From: Macrostomum lignano
Taxonomy: Eukaryota
DNA: 64,000 nucleotides
Reading direction: 5' to 3'
Assembly (NCBI GenBank): GCA_002269645.1
Contig: NIVC01000349.1
Coordinates: 558,001-622,000 of the forward strand
In this document: positions 25,977-38,689 of the stretch, in pieces
Numbering within the stretch: the first letter of the stretch is position 1
Layout of the letters: every line of letters starts with the position of its first letter
Translations under genes and position numbers: made by a program
The notes under the pieces: generated by a model
What the model was told of the DNA's origin: nothing
What the model saw: the letters and a program-made list of their open reading frames with translations, nothing else
The model's database searches: none

Positions 25977-28837
25977 ATGGCGCCTCAGCATCAATTGCTA
26001 TTTCTATCTGTTGCCCTACTGGCTCTGGTAACAATCTTTGGCAGCGTCAAACCAGTCTCCTCCTCCTCGACTGCAGAGCATCATTCTCAATGTCGAAGCC
26101 TGTGCGCCACCTGCCAGTCGTTAAAACCGGCAAGAATCAATCAGATATGCTCAGCGGGTCTGCTCACCGGCTGCAGCTGCCCCGAGAATGCGCTGAATTT
26201 GACGACAGCAAAGACGGCTCCTGACGAGGAGACAAAGATGAGAAATAACTGTCCCGGCACGAACAAAGATGCTATTGGATTCTGTACTTATGGTAAGCTT
26301 CCCTTGAGAATTAACTAACAATCTTCCTGGCCTTACACTACACTACACCAGTTTAAATAAGCCAGTTTTTTATTTAAAACGGCCCTTTTAGGGCCCGCTA
26401 GTGTGGCTTATACCGACTTATGAATAATTGAATATGAACCTTTGGTTTGGAATTGGATGTCAGGCGTCAGCATGAGTTATCGACAGTTACGAGTAACAAA
26501 GGAGACGCCCCTCTTTTCCGAAAAAATAGCATTGCTTCACATTTACACGAGTTACATACAATTTTTAAAACCTAAAACGGCCCTTTTAAGGGCCAACAGG
26601 TAACCTACGCCTTGCCTGTTTAAATAAACTGCCTCTCCTTTATCGCGTCTAGGCGTTTGACAGTGTAAGGCACATTTTTGCCAATATAAGACATCGCCTT
26701 TCGCCCCCCCCCGCAGGACAGCAAGTGGATTCCAGCGGGTGTCCAATCGGCATCTGCCGCCCTCCGCCCAGCTGCTCGGAATCTTCATCTATGGTGCTCT
26801 TCAAATCAGCCTGCCGCCTCTCCTGCCCGTCCGGATTCCAGACTGACTCAGCCGGGTGTCCCCTCTGTCGCTGCCGCTGTCCACCTCGAGATGAAGCTCG
26901 CCTTAGTTGCTCAAGGGCCTGCTCAGATTTGGGCCTGGCATCGGCAACAGCTAGGCTCGTCTCGCGGGGTTCTGCTGCAACTGGTAGCGATTCGAATACT
27001 GAAGGCTGTCCAGTGTGCGTCTGTCAGCAGGACCCGCCGGAGCCTTTGACCACGCCGCCTCCGCCGCCGCCGCCGTGTCTGCTCCGCTGTCCCAACAGTT
27101 GCGGATCTTACGGCTACGCTAGCGGCGAGTCTCGTGACGATCGGGGCTGCGTCAGGGACTGCTCATGCCGGTGCCCGCCTGCCAGACAGGTGAATGATGG
27201 ATGGATTGTCCGCCTGACTGTGCTTTCACAAGTTCCAGGGCGATTTGTACCTACTTTCTGGGCGATTTTTTCTCTTGTACTTTCAGTCAGGGCAATTTTT
27301 CTTGGGATGGGGAGAAGGGCGATTTTTCTAGGGATGGGGAGAAGGGCGATTTTTCTAGGGATGGGGAGAAGGGCGATTTTTTTGGGATGGGGAGAAGGGC
27401 GATTTTTTTGGGATGGGGGAGAAGGGCGATTTTTTTTAGGATGGGGGAGAAGGGCGATTTTTCTTGGGATGGGGGAGAAGGGCGATTTTTCTAGGGATGG
27501 GGGAGAAGGGCGATTTTTCTTGGGATGGGGGAGAAGGGTGATTTTTCTTGGGATGGGGGAGAAGGGCGATTTTTCTTGGGATGGGGGAGAAGGGCGATTT
27601 TTCTTGGGATGGGGAGAAGGGCGATTTTTTTGGGATGGGGGAGAAGGGCGATTTTTCTTGGGATGGGGGAGAAGGGCGATTTTTCTTGGGATGGGGGAGA
27701 AGGGCGATTTTTCTTGGGATGGGGGAGAAGGGCGATTTTTTTGGGATGGGGAGAAGGGCGATTTTTTTGGGATGGGGGAGAAGGGCGATTTTTCTTGGGA
27801 TGGGGGAGAAGGGCGATTTTTCTTTGTACTTTTAGGACAATTTTTTTGGGGGAAATGCGATTTCTCGTTAGGATTTTGGTTGGAAAAGCGATTTTTCTTG
27901 GTGAAAAAAGTGAGGATGATTTTTCCATATCTGATTAGTGATAAGGCGATTTTTCCTCACTTCCCACTTATTATTTCGCCTTGCTAATGATGAATTTATA
28001 ATCACGTTTGACTCGGAATAAAAGATTTCCATGCACGAAAATAATTGCAGCTGATTTATTTAAAGTGTAAGAATTTGGATTTGCAATTTTGCAATCATTG
28101 TTGTTCAGAGAGGTGTTAAAATCCCTCGCCCAAATCCTCAATTGAAGGCCTGCCCAGTTGGCGAGAGCTGCCTGCGCTGGGAGATTGACAGGTTCGGCTG
28201 CCAGCTGTGCTCAGCCTGCTCTGGCGGCTCCAGGTCTCACTCTGCAGCTCAGCAGCTGCCAGCCTCCCAGCCCTGCATCACTAAATCCAGCCTCCAGCAG
28301 CCCAACGCCATGGACCGCCTGTGCCCGTCCAATTGTCCCCGGCAGCAGTTCTCCATCAGCGAGGATTCGAACTCCGGCTGTCTGACCTGCTCATGCGCTG
28401 GCCAATCGCCAGCGAACAGGTGCTCGCAGACTGAGCCCAGCTGCTCAAACAGCTGCGGCCCGCACGGCCACCTGCGGGACTCGCTGGGCTGCCTGCTTCC
28501 CGGCTGCAATTGCAACTGCCCCGACCTCAACCAGTGCATCTCCAGCTGCGGTCAGGCTGGCAATTTCACTGTTGCTAAGGACGCCTACGGTTGCCATGCG
28601 TGTCACTGCTTGCAGCCAGCAGCAGCTAGCAGGTGTCCAGCCAAGCCGCGCTGCTCCCGAAGCTGCGGCCATCACGGATTTGAAATTGATGAGGCCACCG
28701 GGTGCCAGGTCGGCTGCGGATGCCGCTGCCCCAACCGGAGCTGCGGCTGCTTCTACGGCAGCAGGCAGGACGCCTTCGGCTGCGACACCTGCGAGTGCGT
28801 CACGGCCAGCGAGTACCTGCGGCTGCTGCCGTTCTGA
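25977..28837 (+). CDS. Secreted cysteine-rich protein with multiple antistasin-like repeats (~505 aa); exons 25977-26292, 26717-27189, 28109-28837
   Basis: Hydrophobic N-terminal signal-like segment (LLFLSVALLALVTIFG). Repeated C-x3-C-x2-G-x3-D-x2-GC-x2-C-x-C units (e.g. CRLSCPSGFQTDSAGCPLCRC, CFYGSRQDAFGCDTCEC). GT-AG introns are phase-compatible (1, 0). Confidence 0.8.
27290..27825. repeat. 27-28-bp G-rich minisatellite (GGGCGATTTTTCTTGGGATGGGGGAGAA) in intron 2 of the antistasin-like gene
   Basis: Tandem copies visible. Confidence 0.9.
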
Positions 28838-28929
28838 GCTCAGTTTATAAGGGCCCGGAGCTTAATTCGATATATTCAGAATCTTCTTTTATTGATTTTC
28901 TAAGAATCACCCTATATCAGTGAATCTCA

Positions 28930-29700
28930 AAATCGCCATTCACCAATCAATCAAAGAATCGCCATTCACCAATTAGTCAAAGAATCGCCATTCACCAATT
29001 AGTCAAAGAATCTCCATTCACCAATTAGTCAAAGAATCGCCATTCACCAATTAGTCAAAGAATCGCCATTCACCAATCAATCAAAGAATCGCCATTCACC
29101 AATTAGTCAAAGAATCTCCATTCACCAATTAGTCAAAGAATCTCCATTCACCAATTAGTCAAAGAATCTCCATTCACCAATTAGTCAAAGAATCTCCATT
29201 CACCAATTAGTCAAAGAATCTCCATTCACCAATTAGTCAAAGAATCTCCATTCACCAATTAGTCAAAGAATCTCCATTCACCAATTAGTCAAAGAATCTC
29301 CATTCACCAATTAGTCAAAGAATCTCCATTCACCAATTAGTCAAAGAATCTCCATTCACCAATTAGTCAAAGAATCTCCATTCACCAATTAGTCAAAGAA
29401 TCTCCATTCACCAATTAGTCAAAGAATCGCCATTCACCAATTAGTCAAAGAATCTCCATTCACCAATTAGTCAAAGAATCTCCATTCACCAATTAGTCAA
29501 AGAATCTCCATTCACCAATTAGTCAAAGAATCTCCATTCACCAATTAGTCAAAGAATCTCCATTCACCAACACCAATCAATTAAGGAATCGCCATTCACT
29601 AATCAATTTAGGAATCGCCATTCACTAATCAATTTAAGAATCGCCATTCACTAATCAATTTAGGAATCGCTATTCACCAATCAGTCAAAGAATCACCATT
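28930..29700. repeat. 26-bp minisatellite (AATCTCCATTCACCAATTAGTCAAAG)
   Basis: About 28 copies, period 26. Confidence 0.93.
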
Positions 29701-30551
29701 CTCTTACGACATAATACCGGTCTTAAAAACATGTGAAACCAGATGACCTATTTACAGTGACCGCAATGAAATTTTTCGTTATTAATACTCGTCAGTTCTA
29801 CAAAGATAAATAAATATTTTTCGAGAATTTTGTTGTTTAGTTTCGTTTTGATAAAAAAAAGCAAGTCCAGTGTGTTTATAAATTTTTTTCATTCTAAAAT
29901 TTGCAATCTTGTGCAATGGCTCTGTTCGAAATCAAATTGTCAAGTCAAGCAAAGGCCTCGGTTTAGTAAAGTTTATTGTCATAAACAATTTGGCAGGTAG
30001 GGCATAATATGCATATAAATATTGTGTCATTATGAAATCATTAATCATTTAAGTAAGGCACAATCAGTTATAAGAAGCGATTAACACTATATACGCGTGT
30101 TATGTAAAATTTTAATAACCAAGATACAGACAGACTATTAATTCAAACAAAACTAGTAAATACAAGTAAATCTAGTAAAATACAGACTAGTAAAATTGAT
30201 TAACAATTTATTTAAACCTGTGTTCAAGTTCAAGGGAACTGAACTGTCTATGGGAGTGAACTGTCTAAGGGAGTGATCTGTCTAAAGAGTGACTTGTCTA
30301 AGGGAGTGAACTGTCTATGGGAGTGGGCTGCTGGAAGAGTGATCTTCCTAGTCTAAGGGAGTGATCTGTCTTTTGGAGGGACTGTCTTTAGAGTGACCGT
30401 AATGAAGCAAGTTAACTGCAGCATTTACTGGCAATTCAACTAAGGTAATTTGAACAGCAATTGAACATTTCTTCTGAAACATGATGCCAATAAAGCTTTT
30501 CTGAAATCATGAAAGTTGCTTCCTATAAAAACTGAACTACATTATTTACAG

Positions 30552-30743
30552 GTAGATGGCCATTTTAACAATTGGAAATGTGGCAAATCGTGTGACATCA
30601 TCAATGATCAAGTGTGCAATACAATATGGCATTCAATTAACGCAAAGAAAGTGTCTGCAACTAAAACTAGTTTGCTAACTAAAAAATCAGAAAAACTGAC
30701 AAACGAATTTGTGGAAATTAAGGAAAAATTGAAGAGAATTTAA
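30552..30743 (+). other. Possible orphan terminal exon (VDGHFNNWKCGKSCD..EFVEIKEKLKRI*)
   Basis: Acceptor-like TTATTTACAG at 30551, a 63-codon open frame, and AATAAA ~45 nt after the stop. No recognisable homology and no upstream exon found. Confidence 0.25.
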
Positions 30744-31009
30744 CCAGCTGATCATAAATTGAAACAAAATGGAAGGCAATACTATAAATAAACAAAAAAT
30801 ATGCAGATATTAATGTCCTACATTGCTTACTTAAAATAGAAGCATTCAGTTAAAAAAGCAAATAATTTGTCACGGAAAACTGATATGAGCGCCCGAAAAA
30901 GTCATAAAGTCAAAGTAGCAAAATAGTGCAGATTTACAAATGAATAAATGGTCAGATCACTGATTAGATTTAGGAATGAGGGTAATTGGTGCTAGAAGAT
31001 CAAATAATT

Positions 31010-31870
31010 AGGAGGTCAGTTGACTCCTATACTTATAGATCGAGGAACAGAGAGGTCAGTTGACCCCTATACTCCTAGATCGAGGAACGGGGAGGTAACT
31101 TGACCCCTATACTCCTAGATCGAGTAACGGGGAGGTCACTTGACCCCTATACTCCTAGATCGAGGATCAGGGAGGTCAGTTGACCCCTATACTCCTAGAT
31201 CGAGGAACGGGGAGGTAACTTGACCCCTATACTCCTAGATCGAGTAACGGGGAGGTCACTTGACCCCTATACTCCTAGATCGAGGATCAGGGAGGTCAGT
31301 TGACCTCTGTACTCCTAGATTGAGGAGCAGATAGGTCAGTTGACCCCTATACTCCTAGATTGAGGAGCAGATAGGTCAGTTGACCCCTATACTCCTAGAT
31401 TGAGGAACAGATAGGTCAGTTGACCCCTATACTCCTAGATTGAGAAACAGGGAGGTCACTTGACCCCTATACTCTTAGATTGAGGAACAGGGAGGTCAAT
31501 TGACCCCTATACTCCTAGATTAAGGAACAGAAAGGTCACTTGACCCCTATACTCCAAGATCGAGGAATGGGGAGGTCCATTGACCCCTATACTCCAAGAT
31601 CGAGGAACGGGGAGGTCAGTTGACCCCTATACTCCAAGATCGAGGAACGGGGAGGTCAGTTGACCCCTATACTCCAAGATCGAGGAATGGGGAGGTCCAT
31701 TGACCCCTATACAGGTACTTCTAGGTCAAGGAACAGGGAGGTCAAGTGACCCCGGTAAAATTAAGTAATAAGAAAATCAATAGACCTCCGCACACAAAAA
31801 AGCCAAGTTGACTCTTATACTATAGCTTAGGGAGGTCAGTTGACCCCCCACAGCAGCCCCTAGGTCAGTT
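31010..31870. repeat. 40-bp minisatellite (TGACCCCTATACTCCTAGATCGAGGAACGGGGAGGTCAGT) just 3' of GK5
   Basis: About 18 copies. A 3x40 block at 31081-31200 is nearly exactly duplicated at 31201-31320. Confidence 0.9.
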
Positions 31871-32729
31871 CAGTACCAGGAGTAGCACCTTTGTACGGCC
31901 ACTTTCCATTTCTCATAATCCCTAGCCAGCCGTTGAGCGGCCTCAGGCCTGGGCTGGAAACGTCGCTCAATGCTGTCGAACCTCTGGCCAATCTCAGCCT
32001 GGCTCCACAGTCCTGCAGCGATCGCCGTTAAAAATGCGCAACCGAGCGACGTTGCTTCGCGATTCGAACCGCGGACCACATCGCAATCGAGTAAATCGGC
32101 AATTCCCTGCATGATAAAATCGCTGGCGCTGACGCCACCGTTGCAACTAAAATTAGAGATTGGCGGGTTTGAAGAGCCATAGATAAATTCATCTAGCAAA
32201 ATACGCAACTAGCCTACTTACAGCACAGTAAGTAGACGGTTGAGGACTTTTTAACTAAAAATAAAAATTGCAACAAATAAAATGAATTTTTCTGTAAATC
32301 TCACCGCAACACAGCCGGTTTCTTGCCAGTCTCCAATCGGAAGGCTTCCGCAATGGCTTTAGTCTGAAATATGACCGCCTCAAGCAGGGCCCTGGCCATG
32401 TGCTCCCTGCTTGTACCAAGGTTAACTCCTAGGAAGCCAGCGCACGCGGCCGGATCAAAGACCGGCACAGCCGACCAGGTGAAACATGGCACAAAGAACA
32501 CTCCGCCAGAGTCTGCGAGTGCGATATTTAAAAAAAACTTGGCTAGATTGTGCACGATTTAGCTACTAAAAGTAGTTGATTGCTTTTACAGGCTTAAATT
32601 TAGAAATTCTTGAAGACACGAAGCTTCACAAGCTTGAATCTTACAGACAGAAAGACAGGCAGGCAGACAGACACACTGACAGACCTAAAGACAGACAGAC
32701 AAACAGACAGGCAGACACACAGACAGACC

Positions 32730-32764
<35 letters not shown>

Positions 32765-35700
32765 CGACAGACAGACAGACCGACAGACCGACAGACAGAC
32801 AGAAGCCACTTACCCGCCACTGTCAAAGCCGCAGACTCGGCCTCCGACACGCTGGGATAAAATCCCATAGCGCAGCCCCAATCCAGTGTGTTGCCTGTGT
32901 CTGCGTGACTACCTTCGATCATGTAGGTCGGTCCGCTCTGATCACCGTCAATGACCCAGCCAATCACGGGGTAGAGGCCTTTCATCGACGCATAAGGCTC
33001 TTTGCCGGTGTTCCAGTCCAGAAACGTGCCGGTGCCAAGGGTGACCTTCACCTGGTCGGGCTGGTGGCACAACTCGCCAAAGGTGGCGGCGCTCTGATCG
33101 CCAGAAATTGAGGTGATGTCCACCGGACCGCCGGGGAACAGATCGGTGTGGCCGAACTGGCCGGCTGTGGGCCAGACTTCCGGTAGCATGCGCAGAGGCA
33201 TGTGCAGCAGGGCGGACACCACGATGGGGCTCCACTCCAGCTGGATGGTGAGTGAGTGAGTGAGTAAATGAGTGATTGAATGATTGAGTGAGTGAGTGAG
33301 TAAATGAGTGATTATATGATTAAGTGAGTGAGTGAGTAAATGAGTGATTATATGATTAAGTGAGTGAGTGAGTAAATGAGTGATTATATGATTAAGCGAG
33401 TGAGTGAGTAAATGAGTGATTATATGATTAAGTGAGTGAGTGAGTAAATGAGTGATTATATGATTAAGTGGGTGAGTGAGTAAATGAGTGATTATATGAT
33501 TAAGTGAGTGAGTGAGTAAATGAGTGATTATATGATTAAGTGAGTGAGTGAGTAAATGAGTGATTATATGATTAAGTGAGTGAGTGAGTAAATGAGTGAT
33601 TATATGATTAAGTGAGTGAGTGAGTAAATGAGTGATTATATGATTAAGCGAGTGAGTGAGTAAATGAGTGATTATATGATTAAGTGAGTGAGTGAGTAAA
33701 TGAGTGATTATATGATTAAGTGGGTGAGTGAGTAAATGAGTGATTATATGATTAAGTGAGTGAGTGAGTAAATGAGTGATTATATGATTAAGTGAGTGAG
33801 TGAGTAAATGAGTGATTATATGATTAAGTGAGTGAGTGAGTAAATGAGTGATTATATGATTAAGTGAGTGAGTGAGTAAATGAGTGATTATATGATTAAG
33901 TGAGTGAGTGAGTAAATGAGTGATTATATGATTAAGTGAGTGAGTGAGTAAATGAGTGATTATATGATTAAGTGAGTGAGTGAGTAAATGAGTGATTATA
34001 TGATTAAGTGAGTGAGTGAGTAAATGAGTGATTATATGATTAAGTGAGTGAGTGAGTAAATGAGTGATTATATGATTAAGTGAGTGAGTGAGTAAATGAG
34101 TGATTATATGATTAAGTGAGTGAGTGAGTAAATGAGTGATTATATGATTAAGTGAGTGAGTGAGTAAATGAGTGATTATATGATTAAGTGAGTGAGTGAG
34201 TAAATGAGTGATTATATGATTAAGCGAGTGAGTGAGTAAATGAGTGATTATATGATTAAGTGGGTGAGTGAGTAAATGAGTGATTATATGATTAAGTGAG
34301 TGAGTGAGTAAATGAGTGATTATATGATTAAGTGAGTGAGTGAGTAAATGAGTGATTATATGATTAAGTGAGTGAGTGAGTAAATGAGTGATTATATGAT
34401 TAAGTGAGTGAGTGAGTAAATGAGTGATTATATGATTAAGCGAGTGAGTGAGTAAATGAGTGATTATATGATTAAGTGAGTGAGTGAGTAAATGAGTGAT
34501 TATATGATTAAGTGGGTGAGTGAGTAAATGAGTGATTATATGATTAAGTGAGTGAGTGAGTAAATGAGTGATTATATGATTAAGTGAGTGAGTGAGTAAA
34601 TGAGTGATTATATGATTAAGTGAGTGAGTGAGTAAATGAGTGATTATATGATTAAGTGAGTGAGTGAGTAAATGAGTGATTATATGATTAAGTGAGTGAG
34701 TGAGTAAATGAGTGATTATATGATTAAGTGAGTGAGTGAGTAAATGAGTGATTATATGATTAAGTGAGTGAGTGAGTAAATGAGTGATTATATGATTAAG
34801 TGAGTGAGTGAGTAAATGAGTGATTATATGATTAAGTGAGTGAGTGAGTAAATGAGTGATTATATGATTAAGTGAGTGAGTGAGTAAATGAGTGATTATA
34901 TGATTAAGTGAGTGAGTGAGTAAATGAGTGATTATATGATTAAGTGAGTGAGTGAGTAAATGAGTGATTATATGATTAAGTGGGTGAGTGAGTAAATGAG
35001 TGATTATATGATTAAGTGAGTGAGTGAGTAAATGAGTGATTATATGATTAAGCGAGTGAGTGAGTAAATGAGTGATTATATGATTAAGTGAGTGAGTGAG
35101 TAAATGAGTGATTATATGATTAAGTGAGTGAGTGAGTAAATGAGTGATTATATGATTAAGTGAGTGAGTGAGTAAATGAGTGATTATATGATTAAGTGAG
35201 TGAGTGAGTAAATGAGTGATTATATGATTAAGTGAGTGAGTGAGTAAATGAGTGACTGACAGAATTCTCACCCCAAACGGATCGTACATTCCGGTAGTGC
35301 TGGCGCAAGAATAATCGGTAGCAAACGTTCTGCCCTCGGTCAAACGCCACAACAGCCAGGACTCGTTGCAGCCAACGCAAATCTCGCCGCGCCTGGCCCT
35401 CTCTAACAGGGCCGGGTTCTCGGCAAAGAGCTTCACCAATTGAATAACCGGCATACCGATTTTGAACTGCAGCACAGACGCAGCCAAGAATTTCGCTCGG
35501 CCAGTAAGCTTGTACAGAGCCCAGCACGCCGCCCTGAATGCCCGCATTCTCAGAGATCGATTCCAGATTGCGCAATCTTTACCAGCCCGCCGGTCCTGCC
35601 AGGAGATGATGGGCATCAGCGGCTTGCCACTGTCACGTTCCCACGCTGTGACTGAGTTGCGCATCACTGTGATGCCCAGGCCGCGGATCCGGCTGGGCGC

Positions 35701-36348
35701 CACCTCTGCGGGGGGTGGGTGCGGCGGTATGAAGTGGGTTGGGTGATGCGGTATGGAGTGGGGTGAGTGCGGCGGTACGGAGTGGGGTGGGTGTAGCGGT
35801 ATGGAGTGGGGTGGGTGTAGTGGTATGGAGTGGGTGGGTGCTGCAGTATGGAGTGGGGTGGGTGCTGCAGTATAGAGTGGGTGGGTGTAGCGGTATGGAG
35901 TGGGGTGGGTGTAGTGGTATGGAGTGGGGTGGGTGCAGCAGTATGCAGTGAGGTTCTATGGTGCAGTGGGTGGTACCGGTGGTTGCAGTGCAAACTAGAG
36001 TAATTGCTATTGATTATTGAACACTGCAATATGCAATATGTAAGTAATGATACACGAGGTCACTCTTACCAGCAAAAGCTTCCTCTAATATTCCTTTACA
36101 AACTTTCCACAGATCCTCTGGGTCATATTCAGTTTGCAATGGCTCTGGATGCAAGGCAGTTACCTATTTATGTGGATATTAAAATTATTCTGTTGTAGAC
36201 TCTGAAGTACTTGATTAATAAATCAATTATAGTTAACACCTGCCTTGGCACTTTTGATAAGTATAATTGTGGCCTCTTCATTATAGATGTGAACCCGAGC
36301 ACTTGAAGAACCAACATCAAGAACAGCAATATATTTTGCATCTGTCAT
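31870..36348 (-). CDS. GK5: Glycerol kinase 5-like FGGY carbohydrate kinase (~514 aa); exons 36244-36348, 36070-36163, 35272-35705, 32814-33240, 32305-32512, 31870-32146
   Basis: Motifs YIAVLDVGSSS, EYDPEDLW, ISWQDRRA, TDYSCASTTGMYDP, GDQSAATFG, KVTLGTGTFLDWNTG, GGVFFVP, RALLEA and CNGGVSASDFIMQ are present. Exon lengths sum to 1545 nt (515 codons). The LRMRAF and TLGTGTFLDINTG-like segments fit GK5 rather than canonical GK. Confidence 0.92.
32640..32800. repeat. (ACAG)n microsatellite in a GK5 intron
   Basis: Direct observation. Confidence 0.9.
33245..35260. repeat. 36-bp minisatellite (AGTGAGTGAGTGAGTAAATGAGTGATTATATGATTA), ~56 near-identical copies filling a GK5 intron
   Basis: Period 36. 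Variant bases recur 252 bp apart (33397/33649, 33471/33723), indicating a 7-unit duplication. Confidence 0.96.
35710..35960. repeat. ~24-bp G-rich minisatellite (GGTATGGAGTGGGGTGGGTGTAGC) in a GK5 intron
   Basis: Tandem copies visible. Confidence 0.8.
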
Positions 36349-37434
36349 GATCTTTGAATAGCATATATAGCAGAAATAAATGATTTTTAAATTATAATAG
36401 ATCATTAGCCTCATTTACTGCTTTAGTTTTAGTGTCTTAGCTTTGCTATTATATACTCAGCAACTAGACAAAATATCCAATGGGGTGCAATGGTTTTGTA
36501 TCACTTTTTATTGATGAGTTATATAGCAATCTATCAGGATTATAGGGTAGTAATAAACTAGGGTGAATTACAGGGAGCTATAAAATACTATTAGAAAATT
36601 GAAAGTACAAAGCTAGCATAAAGCTAAGAGTAGTAGTAGTACACTAGACAATGGTTTAATAAAGGTTAAGAAAAAACATTCTTATGGTTGTTTAATTAAA
36701 ACTTTGCCAGTATACTATATAGGCAGACATACAATTAAATATAAAAATTAACTAATACCAATGAAAGGAACAACTACAGCTGGTTATTGCGAGTGCTAAC
36801 ACTGCTAGTAGTATATACTAGCCTATTTTTTTCTTAACCACCCTTTTATATTAGATTATTAGTAGGCAAAGGCAATATACTTGATTGAAATCCTGACAAA
36901 ATTCTAAATCTTCAATTTAAAAATATTCCATATAGTCCATATATATATTTCAAGCCTAGACTATCTTTTTGCAAATATTAGACCTATCTAAAGAGGCTCA
37001 AGTTAATATATCTTTGGAATTCCTATTGTTTTAATGAAAATGACTTTGTTTATATCAAAACTAATAAACTCTGATTAAATTAAGTCTATATTATTAAGAT
37101 TTAGGCATATTCAACTTTTTATTAACTAAATTAAAAAATTTAGACAATCAATTATAGCAATGTCCTAGTCCTAGTTTCATATGACAGATGATTATAATAG
37201 ATGTTGTAGCACTTCTTTGCTATTCCTTCTATCCTACAAGATCCTCCTTTGAATTCGAACATGCGTACAGTTGATAGCACCGATTACATCTGCCACTGCC
37301 AGTTAACTAATTTGATTAAACCCCGTTGACATGCGCGTCCACTTAACACCTGGCTCTGACTGTTTAGCCACTAAGTTGTTAAAGTGTAATTGTTATACTT
37401 GAACTTGAACTTATCTCTAACTATTAGGCTAACT

Positions 37435-37900
37435 CTAACTCTAACTAACTATTTAAAAATCAAAACTCTGTGTGTCTGTCTGTCTGTCTGTGGACAATTT
37501 TGATTGCTATGGACTCCTAAACTGCTCAACCAAATGCCACCAAACTTTACACCCACCCTAAACTTACTATGGAGAATGTCTTAGGCTACCTTTAAATTTC
37601 CTAGACTCAAGTCTTCCTACCTAAAAGTACAAAAACTGCTCAGAATGTGTGATTTTTTCAATAAATCCTTTATAGTGCCACTCCACTTCTACCGATTCTT
37701 TTCAAATTTGACACAGAAAATCTTAAACTATTTTGGCACAATCATGTAAAATTTTGAGTCTCAAAGTTAATCCTGAGTGGTGCTGTGCACTTTTAAAGTT
37801 AGGCTGTTTTTTTAGCCTAGCAACAACCCCACCTCTGCCTGCCTGCCTCTTTCCTGATCCCGATCTGGGCCCAGATTTGTAAGGTTTCAATCAAAATTGA
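37435..37900 (+). mobile_element. Possible 5' part of a non-autonomous Helitron-like element
   Basis: ACTAACTATTTAAAAATC followed by a (GTCT)n microsatellite and ..GACTCCTAAACTGCTCAACC..AAACTT. This resembles from memory the 5' region of invertebrate microsatellite-bearing Helitrons. No matching 3' CTAG end identified; end coordinate arbitrary. Confidence 0.35.
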
Positions 37901-38689
37901 CTAACTTTAAGCTGCTATAAGTTTGCTCCCCATAAAGCGATTGACTTTAAACTTGACACAATTCTTCATTGACTCATTCTCTGTCTAAATGTAAAGTTAC
38001 AACTCTGTAATGCATTCAGAGAAGAAACTATAAGCATGTGAAGTTTGTCTGTTTTTTCTGTTGTTTGTGCCATTCTCTCACTCATTCCCCCAAAGCCAGA
38101 CAAATGATCAGGCGATAGGACTGAATGTACATGGCAATGTACAGTGTTTTGGAATAACTTTATTTATAGCCTTCTCTGCACCCCAAGAGTTGAGAGGCTA
38201 TATTTATCCATAACAGTTTAATGAGAAATTTTAACCACAACCCTCCCCTCTGTATTGGCAAACTCTGCAGCAGTTTAACAGTGGATGGCAATTGGCAAAT
38301 CGAGGGAATCCAGCATGGTTTGTAAAAGCAAAAGATTTATGAAAAGGCAATGCGATGCAATGCAATACAACCCTACTAAATTAGGTACACCATGGAAATT
38401 TTAGGTTTCTTTTAAAGGTACTGTGTAAACTTTAAATGGCCCCCTAAGAAATGTATATTTCCTTGGTTGTTAGACTGATGCAGACTGCAGTGGAGCTGAA
38501 GATACACAAATTCCTTTCAGGGCTGAAAATTGGCAAGAAAGATGACGTGATCAAAGTATGGGAACAACCATGAGAGTACTATGTCCCACAAACTGGCTTT
38601 CTAAGCAGGGATAGGCAGACTTTTAACCTCAAAGGCCAGATAAAGAATCCAGCTCATGGCTGAGGGGCAGATGAGAGTGGAAAGAAAAA

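Noticed and set aside
27190-27987. C-terminal extension of ORF 26725-27987
   Set aside because: It is read-through past the donor at 27190 into an intronic satellite.
32641-35703. 1020-aa ORF as one novel His-rich repeat protein
   Set aside because: It is two GK5 exons bridged by an in-frame satellite intron with good splice sites. The C-terminal part runs into an (ACAG)n intron.
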